Assembly (NCBI GenBank): GCA_050115675.1
Contig: JASFQB010000001.1
Coordinates: 162,616 to 203,430 of the forward strand
Length of the DNA: 40,815 bases
DNA from: Candidatus Woesebacteria bacterium
GTDB taxonomy: Bacteria > Patescibacteriota > Saccharimonadia > Saccharimonadales > EFPC-124
Reading direction: 5' to 3'
Positions 26,139 through 34,053 of the stretch are shown here, in pieces. Every line of letters starts with the position of its first letter. Within the stretch, counting starts at the first letter, position 1. The position numbers and the translations under genes were made by a program. A model generated the notes under the pieces. The model saw only the letters and a program-made list of their open reading frames with translations. It did not search any database and was not told the DNA's origin.

Positions 26139-27815
26139 ATGTATCCAGAAATTGGTGCACTAAAATCTATATTAACTGGCCAAGATTATATATCTCAAAA
26201 AGATAGCAACTTGGCAGAAAAGGCGTCAAAAAATTCTGACGAGTATGTTGATTATTTATTACGAGAAGGTTTGCTAACAAAGGCGTTGCTTGGGCAGGCT
26301 CTAGCAGAAGCATATAGGCTGCCGTATTCTGACTTGGTGATGCACCCACCTTTAAAAGAAGATATATCTAAGATTCCTGAGGATCTGGCTAAAAAACAAA
26401 GAGTGGTTGTTGTTAAGGATGCTGTAGATTTAACAACAATTGCGACTGATTCCCCTAATAATATTGATGCGACTGCATTAAAGAGTGTTTTGTCAAACAA
26501 GGCAATTAAATTGACATATGCTTTGCCGGAATATATCGCCGCAACGCTTTCTGGCTATCAGCGTCCGCTAGAGACAAGATTTTCGCAAATTATTGCTGGT
26601 AGTAGAAGAATTGCCCCAGAGATTGTAGAAGAAATTATAAAAGACGCCGTTGCGTATCGTGCGTCTGATATTCACTTTGAGCCACATCAAAACAGCGTTG
26701 TTGTGCGCTTTAGGGTTGATGGCAGACTGCGTAATGCAGGAACCATCCCAAAAGAATTTTACGAAAATGTTTTAAACCGTATAAAGGTAGAAGCGGGCTT
26801 AAGGATAGACGAGCATTACGCGGCGCAAGATGGCGCAATCCAAAAAAAACTTGAGTCTCGCACGGTTGATTTGCGTGTATCGCTTATTCCGACCGTTGAT
26901 GGCGAAAAAGTAGTAATGCGTGTTTTGGGGTCGTATGTTCAAAGCTTTAACTTTGCAGATGTTGGTTTGAGTGATGCAAATCGCGAAAAGCTATACAATT
27001 ACGCAAATAAACCGTTTGGTATGATTTTGGCAACTGGCCCTACTGGTTCGGGTAAAACAACTACGCTATATTCCTTGATAAAAATGTTAAATACACCCAG
27101 TGTCAATATTACTAGTATTGAGGACCCTGTGGAGTATAAAATTTTTGGAGTTAATCAAATTCAGGTGCGCGAAGCTACGGGCATTACTTTTGCTAAGGGG
27201 TTAAGATCTATCGTCCGCCAAGATCCAGATATTATTTTGGTTGGCGAAATTAGAGATCGTGAGACTGCCGAAATATCGGTAAATGCTGCGCTAACGGGAC
27301 ATTTGTTACTTTCTACATTTCATGCTAACGATGCCGCTACGGCAATACCGCGCCTAGTTGATATGGGAGTGGAGCCGTTTTTGATTGCCTCTACTTTAGA
27401 GGTTGTTATTGCACGGCGTTTGGTGCGCACAATCTGCAATAGCTGTAAATTTGGCATGCCTTTAGCTAATGCAATAAGTTCTTTGCAAAATAATAAAGCC
27501 AAAATAGAAACATATTTTTCTGCTAATGATACAGTTTATGCTGGCAAGGGCTGCGAGGTTTGTGGAAATACTGGGTATAGCGGTCGTACGGCACTGTTTG
27601 AACTTGTTGAGATCACTCCAGAAATGCAAGACTTAATACTAAAAAAACCATCAACACGCGAAGTCGCCGAACTTAGCCATGGGCAAGGTTCTAAAACCAT
27701 GTTTGAGGATGGCATAGACAAAATTAAAGGGGGGCAAACAACCATAAGCGAGGTTTTGCGTGTGGTAGAGGCTCCAAAAAATGACGAGCGGAGTGATCAG
27801 TGGCAGGGGCAATAG
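26139..27815 (+). CDS. pilB: Type IV pilus assembly ATPase PilB (GspE family)
   Basis: T2SSE N-terminal domain (LLREGLLTKALLGQALAEAYRLPY), Walker A GPTGSGKTTT, Asp/His boxes, Walker B ILVGEIRD and tetracysteine CNSC...CEVC. ATG 26139 follows GAGGTG. An alternative GTG at 26121 abuts the receiver stop. Confidence 0.93.
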   Translation: MYPEIGALKSILTGQDYISQKDSNLAEKASKNSDEYVDYLLREGLLTKALLGQALAEAYRLPYSDLVMHPPLKEDISKIPEDLAKKQRVVVVKDAVDLTTIATDSPNNIDATALKSVLSNKAIKLTYALPEYIAATLSGYQRPLETRFSQIIAGSRRIAPEIVEEIIKDAVAYRASDIHFEPHQNSVVVRFRVDGRLRNAGTIPKEFYENVLNRIKVEAGLRIDEHYAAQDGAIQKKLESRTVDLRVSLIPTVDGEKVVMRVLGSYVQSFNFADVGLSDANREKLYNYANKPFGMILATGPTGSGKTTTLYSLIKMLNTPSVNITSIEDPVEYKIFGVNQIQVREATGITFAKGLRSIVRQDPDIILVGEIRDRETAEISVNAALTGHLLLSTFHANDAATAIPRLVDMGVEPFLIASTLEVVIARRLVRTICNSCKFGMPLANAISSLQNNKAKIETYFSANDTVYAGKGCEVCGNTGYSGRTALFELVEITPEMQDLILKKPSTREVAELSHGQGSKTMFEDGIDKIKGGQTTISEVLRVVEAPKNDERSDQWQGQ

Positions 27816-28891
27816 AAACACTAGCGCATCGCAAGCAGGTGTATCTTCCGAGCAAAGATCGTATGTATTTTACGGCAAACTTGGCGCTGCTTTTGCAGGC
27901 TGCTGTGCCATTGGGCGATATTTTAACTTCAATGCAGCAGGCAACTAAGTCTAGTAAGTTTAAAAAAATATTAGATGACATGAAGTCAGATATTGCAGAA
28001 GGTATGCCTTTATGGAAAGTCATGGAGAGGTCAAGAATCGTTTCTTGGCAAACTGTGTCGTTGGCAAAGTTGGGCGAAGAATCTGGTAATTTGGCGCAAA
28101 ATTTAAAAATTGCCGCACAGCAAGAGCAAAAACAGCATGCGCTTCGATCAAAAATTACTACAGCGATGCTGTATCCGGCTTTTGTTTTTGGTATAACAAT
28201 TGTTGTTGGAATAGGTATTGTTTGGTTTTTGTTGCCGCGGCTTGCCGACACCTTTGCGGGTTTGGGCGTAGATTTGCCACTAATTACACAGATTGTAATA
28301 GCAATTGGTAAATTTGTGGGACAAAATGGTTTTTGGCTGATACCTGCGGTTATTGGTGTAATTACGCTGTTAGTTTACGTGTTATTTATTGCAAAAGCAA
28401 CTAAGTCAATTGGCAGAAGCTTACTGTTTCATACCCCGGGCGTGTCGCGTTTAATGCAAGAAGTGGAGGTGGCTAGTTTTGGCTATTTATTTGGTACTTT
28501 GCTTGGCGCGGGCTTAAGTGTTACTCAATCTTTGCGCATGATGTACGAGGCAGAAAACACTCCCGAATACAAAAAACTGTATAGCTTTTTGTATAATTCT
28601 TTTGACGATGGCTATAATTTAAAAACTAGCCTTGATAAGTACAAAAACAGCCAAAAATTGTTACCGCCAACAGTCCAGCAAATTGCAATTGCGGGCGAAA
28701 GCTCGGGCAATTTATCTCAGTCGTTGCTTGAAATAGGCAAAATTTACGAAGAAAAATCTGACACGACAGCTCAAAACTTGCAGGCAGTTCTTGAACCAAT
28801 TTTGCTAGTAATAGTTTGGCTTGGTGTTTTGTCGGTGGCTGTAGCGGTTATTTTGCCAATTTACAGCCTGGTTGGGGGTTTGCAGGCGTGA
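27800..28891 (+). CDS. pilC: Type IV pilus platform protein PilC (GspF family)
   Basis: Two T2SSF-type halves, each with TM helices (LLLQAAVPLGDIL...; LGTLLGAGLSVTQSLRM...). GTG start overlaps pilB by 16 nt. Confidence 0.88.
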   Translation: MAGAIETLAHRKQVYLPSKDRMYFTANLALLLQAAVPLGDILTSMQQATKSSKFKKILDDMKSDIAEGMPLWKVMERSRIVSWQTVSLAKLGEESGNLAQNLKIAAQQEQKQHALRSKITTAMLYPAFVFGITIVVGIGIVWFLLPRLADTFAGLGVDLPLITQIVIAIGKFVGQNGFWLIPAVIGVITLLVYVLFIAKATKSIGRSLLFHTPGVSRLMQEVEVASFGYLFGTLLGAGLSVTQSLRMMYEAENTPEYKKLYSFLYNSFDDGYNLKTSLDKYKNSQKLLPPTVQQIAIAGESSGNLSQSLLEIGKIYEEKSDTTAQNLQAVLEPILLVIVWLGVLSVAVAVILPIYSLVGGLQA

Positions 28892-29325
28892 GAGATGATG
28901 GTTTTAGCTTGTTGGAAGTATTGTTGTCTGTAGCAATTCTTGTTATGTTGGCGGGATTGTCGTTACCGGTTTTTGCGTCTTTTAACAATCGCAACGATTT
29001 AGATATTGCTGCTCAGTCGCTGGTTGACTCGCTACGGCGTGCACAGGTTTATGCGCGTGGCGTAAAGGCGGACGATCAATGGGGCGTGAATGTGCAGCAG
29101 GGTTCAATTACGGTATTTAAGGGGTCGGACTTTAATGCCAGAGATAGCTCTTATGACGAAGTGATAAGTATGCCATCAACTTTAACGCCAAGTGATATGA
29201 CTATGGTTGTATTTGCAAAAAACAACGCCAATCCTAGTCAGGCTGGTAGCTTTACATTAAGTTCGTCAGCGGCAAGCCAGATAAAAACGGTAACAATAAA
29301 TGAAAAAGGTACTGTCGAATATTAA
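28888..29325 (+). CDS. Prepilin-type minor pilin, GspH/FimT-like
   Basis: Class III signal VRDDG|FSLLEVLLSVAILVML (G-1, F+1, E+5). GspH-like DLDIAAQSLVDSLRRAQVYA. GTG start overlaps the pilC stop (GTGA). Confidence 0.8.
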   Translation: MRDDGFSLLEVLLSVAILVMLAGLSLPVFASFNNRNDLDIAAQSLVDSLRRAQVYARGVKADDQWGVNVQQGSITVFKGSDFNARDSSYDEVISMPSTLTPSDMTMVVFAKNNANPSQAGSFTLSSSAASQIKTVTINEKGTVEY

Positions 29326-30709
29326 ACTCAAACATCAAGATGGATTCTCGCCCATTGAGGTTTTATTGGCCGTTACGGTTTTTGGTATGTTTGTGGTAGC
29401 TTTGGTTGGCGTAATGGTTTTTGGGCAGTCGTCTGTTGCTAGTGCGGGCTATAATGAGCGCGCAACTTTTTTGGCGCAAGAGGCGCTTGACGCTGTTGGT
29501 AATATTCGAGACGAAAATATAAACAATATTAGCGATGGCACGTATGGCCTCGTGCAAAGTGGCGGAGTTTGGACTCTTGCAGAAACTCCAGACATTACGG
29601 ACGTTTATGCCAGATCCGTAACTATTTCTAGTATTGACGCTTACCGCAAAAATATAAATGCGCACGTAACTTGGTCGTACCGGGAAGGTCAAAAAAGCGT
29701 TGACCTGCAACGGTTACTAACGGGCTGGGGAAGCGTTGGAAAAACTTGGCTAAATGCTATAAAGGCTGGGTCGTACAATATATCTGGCACAAACAATGCG
29801 CTGAAAGTTGCCACCAGCGGCAATTATGCCTATGTTGTTCGCGGCAGTGGAAGTCCAAACTTTGCAGCAATAGACATTAGTGATTCTGCGACACCTGCTT
29901 TGGTGGGTGAACTAAGCTCACTAGCATCAAGTCCGACGGATATTTTTGTAAATGGCAATTATGCTTTTGTAACAACTTCGTCAAATTCGGCGGAGTTGCA
30001 GATAATTGATGTATCAAATCCAGCAGCGCCAACTATTGCTGGTACATATAATGCTCCGGGCAACGCAAATGGGTTGGCGGTTTTTGTTGAAGGTAGTTAT
30101 GCATATTTGGCTCGTGCGTCAAACGGAAATTCGCAAGAATTTTCAATTTTAGATATAAGTAATCCTGCATCTCCATTGCTTCTTGGGTCGTATAGCGACA
30201 ACATTTCTATGCGCGATGTGGTTGTGGGCGGCAACTACGCGTATATTGGAACAAGTTCGGTCTCGCAGGAGGTTTTGGTGATGGACGTGAATAACCCTGT
30301 TAGTCCAAATTTAGTAGCCACAATAAATATTGATGGCAATAAGTCCGTGTCTGCGTTGGCAAAAAGTGGCAATGTGCTTTTTGTGGCCAGATCAAGCAGC
30401 TTAGCAGCACTTGACGTTAGCGATCCTTTGGCTCCAGTGGTTGTGTCAGAAATATCCTCAGACGGTGGGGTAAATATTAACGATTTATCGGTAGATACCA
30501 CGGGCAACAACTATATTTTTATGGGCACAGATTTTGCGACTGGCGAGTTTCAGATTATTGATATGTCTGACCTTGCCAATATGACAGTAGTAAAAACGGT
30601 AGATGCAGACGGCGACATCAACGGTGTGTCGTACGATGCGGCTTTGGACGTGGTGGCTGGGGTTGGCGTGTCAAATAATGAGGAGTTAACGGTATTTGTC
30701 AAAAATTAA
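29300..30709 (+). CDS. Prepilin-like protein fused to a 7-bladed LVIVD-type beta-propeller
   Basis: Signal MKKVLSNIKLKHQDG|FSPIEVLLAVTVFGMFVV. From about aa 150 (nt 29750) there are seven units of the form G(N/S)YA(Y/F)V....(E/S)(L/F).I(I/L)D(V/I)S(N/D)P..P. Confidence 0.8.
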   Translation: MKKVLSNIKLKHQDGFSPIEVLLAVTVFGMFVVALVGVMVFGQSSVASAGYNERATFLAQEALDAVGNIRDENINNISDGTYGLVQSGGVWTLAETPDITDVYARSVTISSIDAYRKNINAHVTWSYREGQKSVDLQRLLTGWGSVGKTWLNAIKAGSYNISGTNNALKVATSGNYAYVVRGSGSPNFAAIDISDSATPALVGELSSLASSPTDIFVNGNYAFVTTSSNSAELQIIDVSNPAAPTIAGTYNAPGNANGLAVFVEGSYAYLARASNGNSQEFSILDISNPASPLLLGSYSDNISMRDVVVGGNYAYIGTSSVSQEVLVMDVNNPVSPNLVATINIDGNKSVSALAKSGNVLFVARSSSLAALDVSDPLAPVVVSEISSDGGVNINDLSVDTTGNNYIFMGTDFATGEFQIIDMSDLANMTVVKTVDADGDINGVSYDAALDVVAGVGVSNNEELTVFVKN

Positions 30710-30710
30710 T

Positions 30711-31229
30711 ATGAGTACTACACAAACCCCAAACATAAATAATCGTCTTGCAGGCTTTACTTTGATAGAACTTTTGCTTTACGTTGCCATAGTTGGTAGT
30801 TTACTTTTGGCTGTTGTTGCCTTTGTGATACTGTCGTTAGATTTGCGAGTAAAAAGTCAGGCGATATCAGAGGTGGATCAGCAGGGCGTTGCAATTATCC
30901 AGCAAATACAATACGCGATTAAAAATGCCAATTATGTAGTCTCTCCATCCCCTGGTGTATCTGCAGAAAGTTTAAGTTTAGCTGGGGCAAATTCTGTTAC
31001 GTTTAGCTTTTATTCAGACGCGATTGTTGTGTCAGAAGATGGTGGTAGTGATATTGCCTTGTCAAATAGCAAAGTAAAAATAAGCGATTTGCAGTTTACT
31101 AATTTATCTCGTCCGGGCACAAAAGGAATTGTGAAGGTTAGCCTTACGATTAGTCGCGTAAATACGTCTGGAGGGCAAGAATATAATTATCAAAAAACAT
31201 TCACAACCTCTGTGACGGTAGGGCAATAG
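30711..31229 (+). CDS. Prepilin-type minor pilin
   Basis: Signal MSTTQTPNINNRLAG|FTLIELLLYVAIVGSLLLAVV. ATG lies 1 nt after the upstream stop. Confidence 0.8.
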   Translation: MSTTQTPNINNRLAGFTLIELLLYVAIVGSLLLAVVAFVILSLDLRVKSQAISEVDQQGVAIIQQIQYAIKNANYVVSPSPGVSAESLSLAGANSVTFSFYSDAIVVSEDGGSDIALSNSKVKISDLQFTNLSRPGTKGIVKVSLTISRVNTSGGQEYNYQKTFTTSVTVGQ

Positions 31230-31230
31230 T

Positions 31231-31626
31231 ATGAGTGGTTATTGCAAAAAAGCAGACGGATATGTTGCACTAATAGCTGTTTTAATAGCTGGGGCTTTGG
31301 GGCTGGCGGTTTCTGTTGCGCTTTTGCTTGCGGGGACGGATAGCCAGCGTTCGGCGCTTGTTGTTAAACAATCGGCAAAGGCTAGTAGTGCTGCAAAATC
31401 GTGCATAGAAGAAGCAATGCAGCAAATTCGTTTTGATCATTCTTATACTGGTTCCGGATTACTCGAATTAAATGATTCAGATTGTCAGTACGACGTCACG
31501 GATGTAGGCTCAGAAAAAGATATAAACGCAACTGGGCAATCGGGCAGCGTTGTAAAGAAAGTCCAAGCGCGTGTTACAATAACATTATTAAGTATATCTA
31601 TTGCATCTTGGCAAGAAGTAGATTAA
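31231..31626 (+). CDS. PilX-like pseudopilin (no Glu at +5)
   Basis: MSGYCKKADG|YVALIAVLIAGALGLAVSVALLL is a hydrophobic pilin-like N-terminus without E5, as in PilX_N-type proteins. It starts 1 nt after the upstream stop. Confidence 0.65.
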   Translation: MSGYCKKADGYVALIAVLIAGALGLAVSVALLLAGTDSQRSALVVKQSAKASSAAKSCIEEAMQQIRFDHSYTGSGLLELNDSDCQYDVTDVGSEKDINATGQSGSVVKKVQARVTITLLSISIASWQEVD

Positions 31627-31643
31627 AAAGCAAAAGGAGTGGT

Positions 31644-32108
31644 ATGTCAAACTCGCATAATATTAAAGATAAAAAAGGCTTTACGCTGCTAGAAGTTTTA
31701 CTTGTGGTTGCAATTATTGCAATTTTAGCAGGGATTGTAATTTTGGCAATTAACCCTGGCAAACAACTGGCAGATACCAGAAACGCGCAAAGACAGGCTG
31801 ACGTCTCTACAATAATTAGCGCAATTTATCAATATTCGCTTGATAACGATGGCAATGTTCCGGCTGGAATTACAACAACTGCAACAGAGATCTGCGCTAC
31901 AGGAGCAGCTAGTTGTACAGGCTTGGTTGATCTAAATGTCTTGACAGCAAATGGTGTTTATCTTGTGTCTTTGCCGTCTGATCCTCAGTGTAATACTGTT
32001 TGTGCTACAAATGGCAATGGCTATAGAGTTGTGAAAGATGCTAACGGTCGCATTACAGTAAGCGCGCCATATGCAGAGCAGGGTAGAGACATATCTGTGA
32101 GCAGGTAG
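31644..32108 (+). CDS. Type IV pilin, probable major subunit (PilA/PilE-like)
   Basis: MSNSHNIKDKKG|FTLLEVLLVVAIIAILAGIVILAINP, and two Cys pairs in the C-terminal head (CATGAASC, CNTVC). Strong SD aaAGGAGtggt. The listed ORF start at 31482 is an upstream extension overlapping the previous gene. Confidence 0.85.
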   Translation: MSNSHNIKDKKGFTLLEVLLVVAIIAILAGIVILAINPGKQLADTRNAQRQADVSTIISAIYQYSLDNDGNVPAGITTTATEICATGAASCTGLVDLNVLTANGVYLVSLPSDPQCNTVCATNGNGYRVVKDANGRITVSAPYAEQGRDISVSR

Positions 32109-32112
32109 CAAA

Positions 32113-32226
32113 ATGATACCAAGGCGCACCAATCAGCTAAAAGTTGATCCACTGTCTTACCTCCTTGTAATAACCTTTACGGTGTTGTCACTTGTGTTTT
32201 TGGGTATGGCAATCTGGCGATACTGA
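32113..32226 (+). CDS. 37-aa single-TM microprotein (not in the ORF track)
   Basis: MIPRRTNQLKVDPLSYLLVITFTVLSLVFLGMAIWRY. ATG lies 4 nt after the pilin stop. It is the last ORF before the hairpin at 32237. The SD is weak. Confidence 0.35.
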   Translation: MIPRRTNQLKVDPLSYLLVITFTVLSLVFLGMAIWRY

Positions 32227-32236
32227 TTAAATGAAA

Positions 32237-32278
32237 AACGCCCAGAGTTATTCACATACGTAAACAACTCTGGGCGTT
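32237..32278. terminator. Long hairpin between the pilin operon and the convergent gene
   Basis: 13-bp stem aacgcccagagtt (32237-32249) / aactctgggcgtt (32266-32278). An A5 run on the plus-strand 5' side gives a U-tract for the minus-strand transcript. Confidence 0.65.
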
Positions 32279-32283
32279 GTGCG

Positions 32284-32859
32284 CTACTTGATGAGTAGCG
32301 ACATCAGGGCTCCCTCGAACGGCAGGCCGTTGACTAGTTCGATCTCGACAGCCAGTCCAAGCGCGGCAGCGACCTCGATCCTGTCGTGCTTGGCAAGTTC
32401 GTCGAGGTTGACGGTCATCTGGCGGCCAAGTGCCCACGAGATTGCCAGGAGTGCGCGTTGCAGATTTGTATCTGGCAACTGCTCTGGAACCTCGGGCGTG
32501 AATGCCCGAGTGGTTGTGGGGTAGGCGATGCCAAGACTGTCAAGCGGCTCGCCACTATTCAGCGAGTCGCTCCACCACTGAAACCGCATGAGTGTTTGCG
32601 CAAGCTTTTTCAGTAGTCTGCCTTCGTCTTCGCGGCCTTCAGGCTTGCAGTGGGCAAGGACAGTTTTGCTAGCTGACGCCACACCCATGCAACCGTATTT
32701 GAAGTCTCCAAAGGCCTCGTTGTCGTCGCTCTCGGCGTAGACTTGGATTAGGCGGCTCGCAGCTTCGGCGAGAGTGACCTCGAACAGCCCCTCGTCTTCC
32801 AGTCTGGCGTAAGAGCCTTCTGGTGTGTTTAGGTAGCGATTAAGATCCAACAGGCGCAT
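32284..32859 (-). CDS. Hypothetical protein on a GC-elevated segment
   Basis: Samples at 32341-32400 and 32701-32760 are 60-62% G+C by hand count. SD aaAGGAGcgatgga precedes the ATG. No family recognised. Confidence 0.6.
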   Translation of the reverse strand: MRLLDLNRYLNTPEGSYARLEDEGLFEVTLAEAASRLIQVYAESDDNEAFGDFKYGCMGVASASKTVLAHCKPEGREDEGRLLKKLAQTLMRFQWWSDSLNSGEPLDSLGIAYPTTTRAFTPEVPEQLPDTNLQRALLAISWALGRQMTVNLDELAKHDRIEVAAALGLAVEIELVNGLPFEGALMSLLIK

Positions 32860-32900
32860 TCCATCGCTCCTTTGTGTGTAGGATATGCACTCTAGGTCTC

Positions 32901-32929
32901 ATTATAATATATTTTTTTGCATATGTCAA
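32901..32929 (-). promoter_or_regulatory. Perfect consensus sigma70-type promoter, TTGACA-17 nt-TATAAT
   Basis: On the minus strand, TTGACA (32924-32929), a 17-nt spacer and TATAAT (32901-32906). This lies about 40 nt upstream of ATG 32859. Confidence 0.6.
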
Positions 32930-33014
32930 TGTTACCTAAAGGCGAATATCCCCCAAGCAAATAAAGCTGATTGTCTTGAGGGGATGGTTGCCTATCTAAA
33001 ATTAAAACCGCTTA

Positions 33015-33047
33015 AAGCAATTTCTGCTCTAAGCGGTTAATGACTAG
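33015..33047 (-). terminator. Rho-independent terminator of the 119-aa gene
   Basis: Roughly 13-bp stem (33015-33028 / 33034-33047, one mismatch). On the minus strand it is followed by ttttaatttt. Confidence 0.65.
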
Positions 33048-33403
33048 GCCGCAAGTTCGATCATTTGATTGATACAGCTGTTAAGTCTAAAGCTTGCAAG
33101 CTCTTCTCGGTCGGTTACCATGCGGCAATATACAAACATCCATTCGCCAATGAGTACGTGCGCAAGTACGCAATGGTCCGTACAGGGGTTGTTGTCGCGT
33201 AAAAGCGTCAATAGCACCTCTTGCTGATTGTCGGTTGTGCGGGTTTCTCGCGGGACGCCAATAAAAATTAATTCAGCGTCGATTATAGGGTTGCGCTGGT
33301 TGCGGTAGGCTTCGAGCCATGATTGCACCGTTTTGTCGGTATTAATTCCTTGAGTCGTGTCAGTGACGACGACGAGCCTCATGGCTAAATCAAAAGCGCT
33401 CAT
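33044..33403 (-). CDS. Hypothetical protein
   Basis: 119-aa ORF with SD aaaGGGAGcaag and its own terminator. No family recognised. Confidence 0.5.
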   Translation of the reverse strand: MSAFDLAMRLVVVTDTTQGINTDKTVQSWLEAYRNQRNPIIDAELIFIGVPRETRTTDNQQEVLLTLLRDNNPCTDHCVLAHVLIGEWMFVYCRMVTDREELASFRLNSCINQMIELAA

Positions 33404-33541
33404 CTTGCTCCCTTTCGATAGTCGAAAGATATAATCGTATTATACAATCAAAAACCATTTTTACAAATACTGATATAAAAATCAACAAAAAGCAAGAATA
33501 TAGTATAATATTTTGGTCGACACCTACGCTTGGAGGCTGTT

Positions 33542-33961
33542 GTGAACTCTTGCGTCAATCCATTTGGTAGCGTATTTAAAAACCCAACCTTGCTTCAACG
33601 GCTTATTTGCGCAAGGCTAGAATTGGATCGACAGCAGCGTTACAGTACATTGGTGCAGTTTGGTAATCTTACGGGTTGCCTGATGCGCTGTATGACTGCT
33701 CGAAAAGCGTGTATTGATGATCCAGATTTGGGTATTGCGTCTGATGAGTTAATGCGCATCGAGGATGAAATATCTAGTGTGGTTGAGGCTGCAGTTCAAT
33801 TGTGGCCAATTGGGTGCGGTGACAGTATCGCAATTACTCAACGCAGCAGGCATGACTTGGCGGTGCAACGGGTGATCGAAGTTGCTATGAAATATGGCTT
33901 TACAGATATTGAAGGATATTTTTTGGCACATCCATATCCAGTTGAGGTAAGTGTGATCTGA
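33542..33961 (+). CDS. Hypothetical protein
   Basis: GTG at 33542 lies 5 nt after GGAGG. The listed TTG at 33530 overlaps the SD. A TAGTATAAT -10 element is at 33501-33509. No family recognised. Confidence 0.5.
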   Translation: MNSCVNPFGSVFKNPTLLQRLICARLELDRQQRYSTLVQFGNLTGCLMRCMTARKACIDDPDLGIASDELMRIEDEISSVVEAAVQLWPIGCGDSIAITQRSRHDLAVQRVIEVAMKYGFTDIEGYFLAHPYPVEVSVI

Positions 33962-33966
33962 AAGTT

Positions 33967-34049
33967 CCCCAGAGTGCCAGTTGCATTCTGGGGATATAAA
34001 TTTTGAAGTTGGGCGACAGTGTAAGCTGTCGCCCTGTTTTGCAGTTTTA
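33967..34049. terminator. Two tandem hairpins between convergent genes
   Basis: First stem ccccagagtgc (33967-33977) / gcattctgggg (33983-33993). Second stem gggcgacag (34011-34019) / ctgtcgccc (34026-34034), followed by tgttttgcagtttt. Confidence 0.6.
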
Positions 34050-34053
34050 TCCT

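Noticed and set aside
27724-28251. 175-aa minus-strand ORF antisense to the pilB/pilC junction
   Set aside because: It lies entirely inside two confidently identified genes on the other strand. It has a Cys-rich odd composition and no expression signals.
31482-31643. Upstream extension of the major pilin ORF (listed start 31482)
   Set aside because: The extension overlaps the PilX-like gene and encodes a basic, non-pilin sequence. ATG 31644 has a strong AGGAG SD and gives a canonical prepilin leader.
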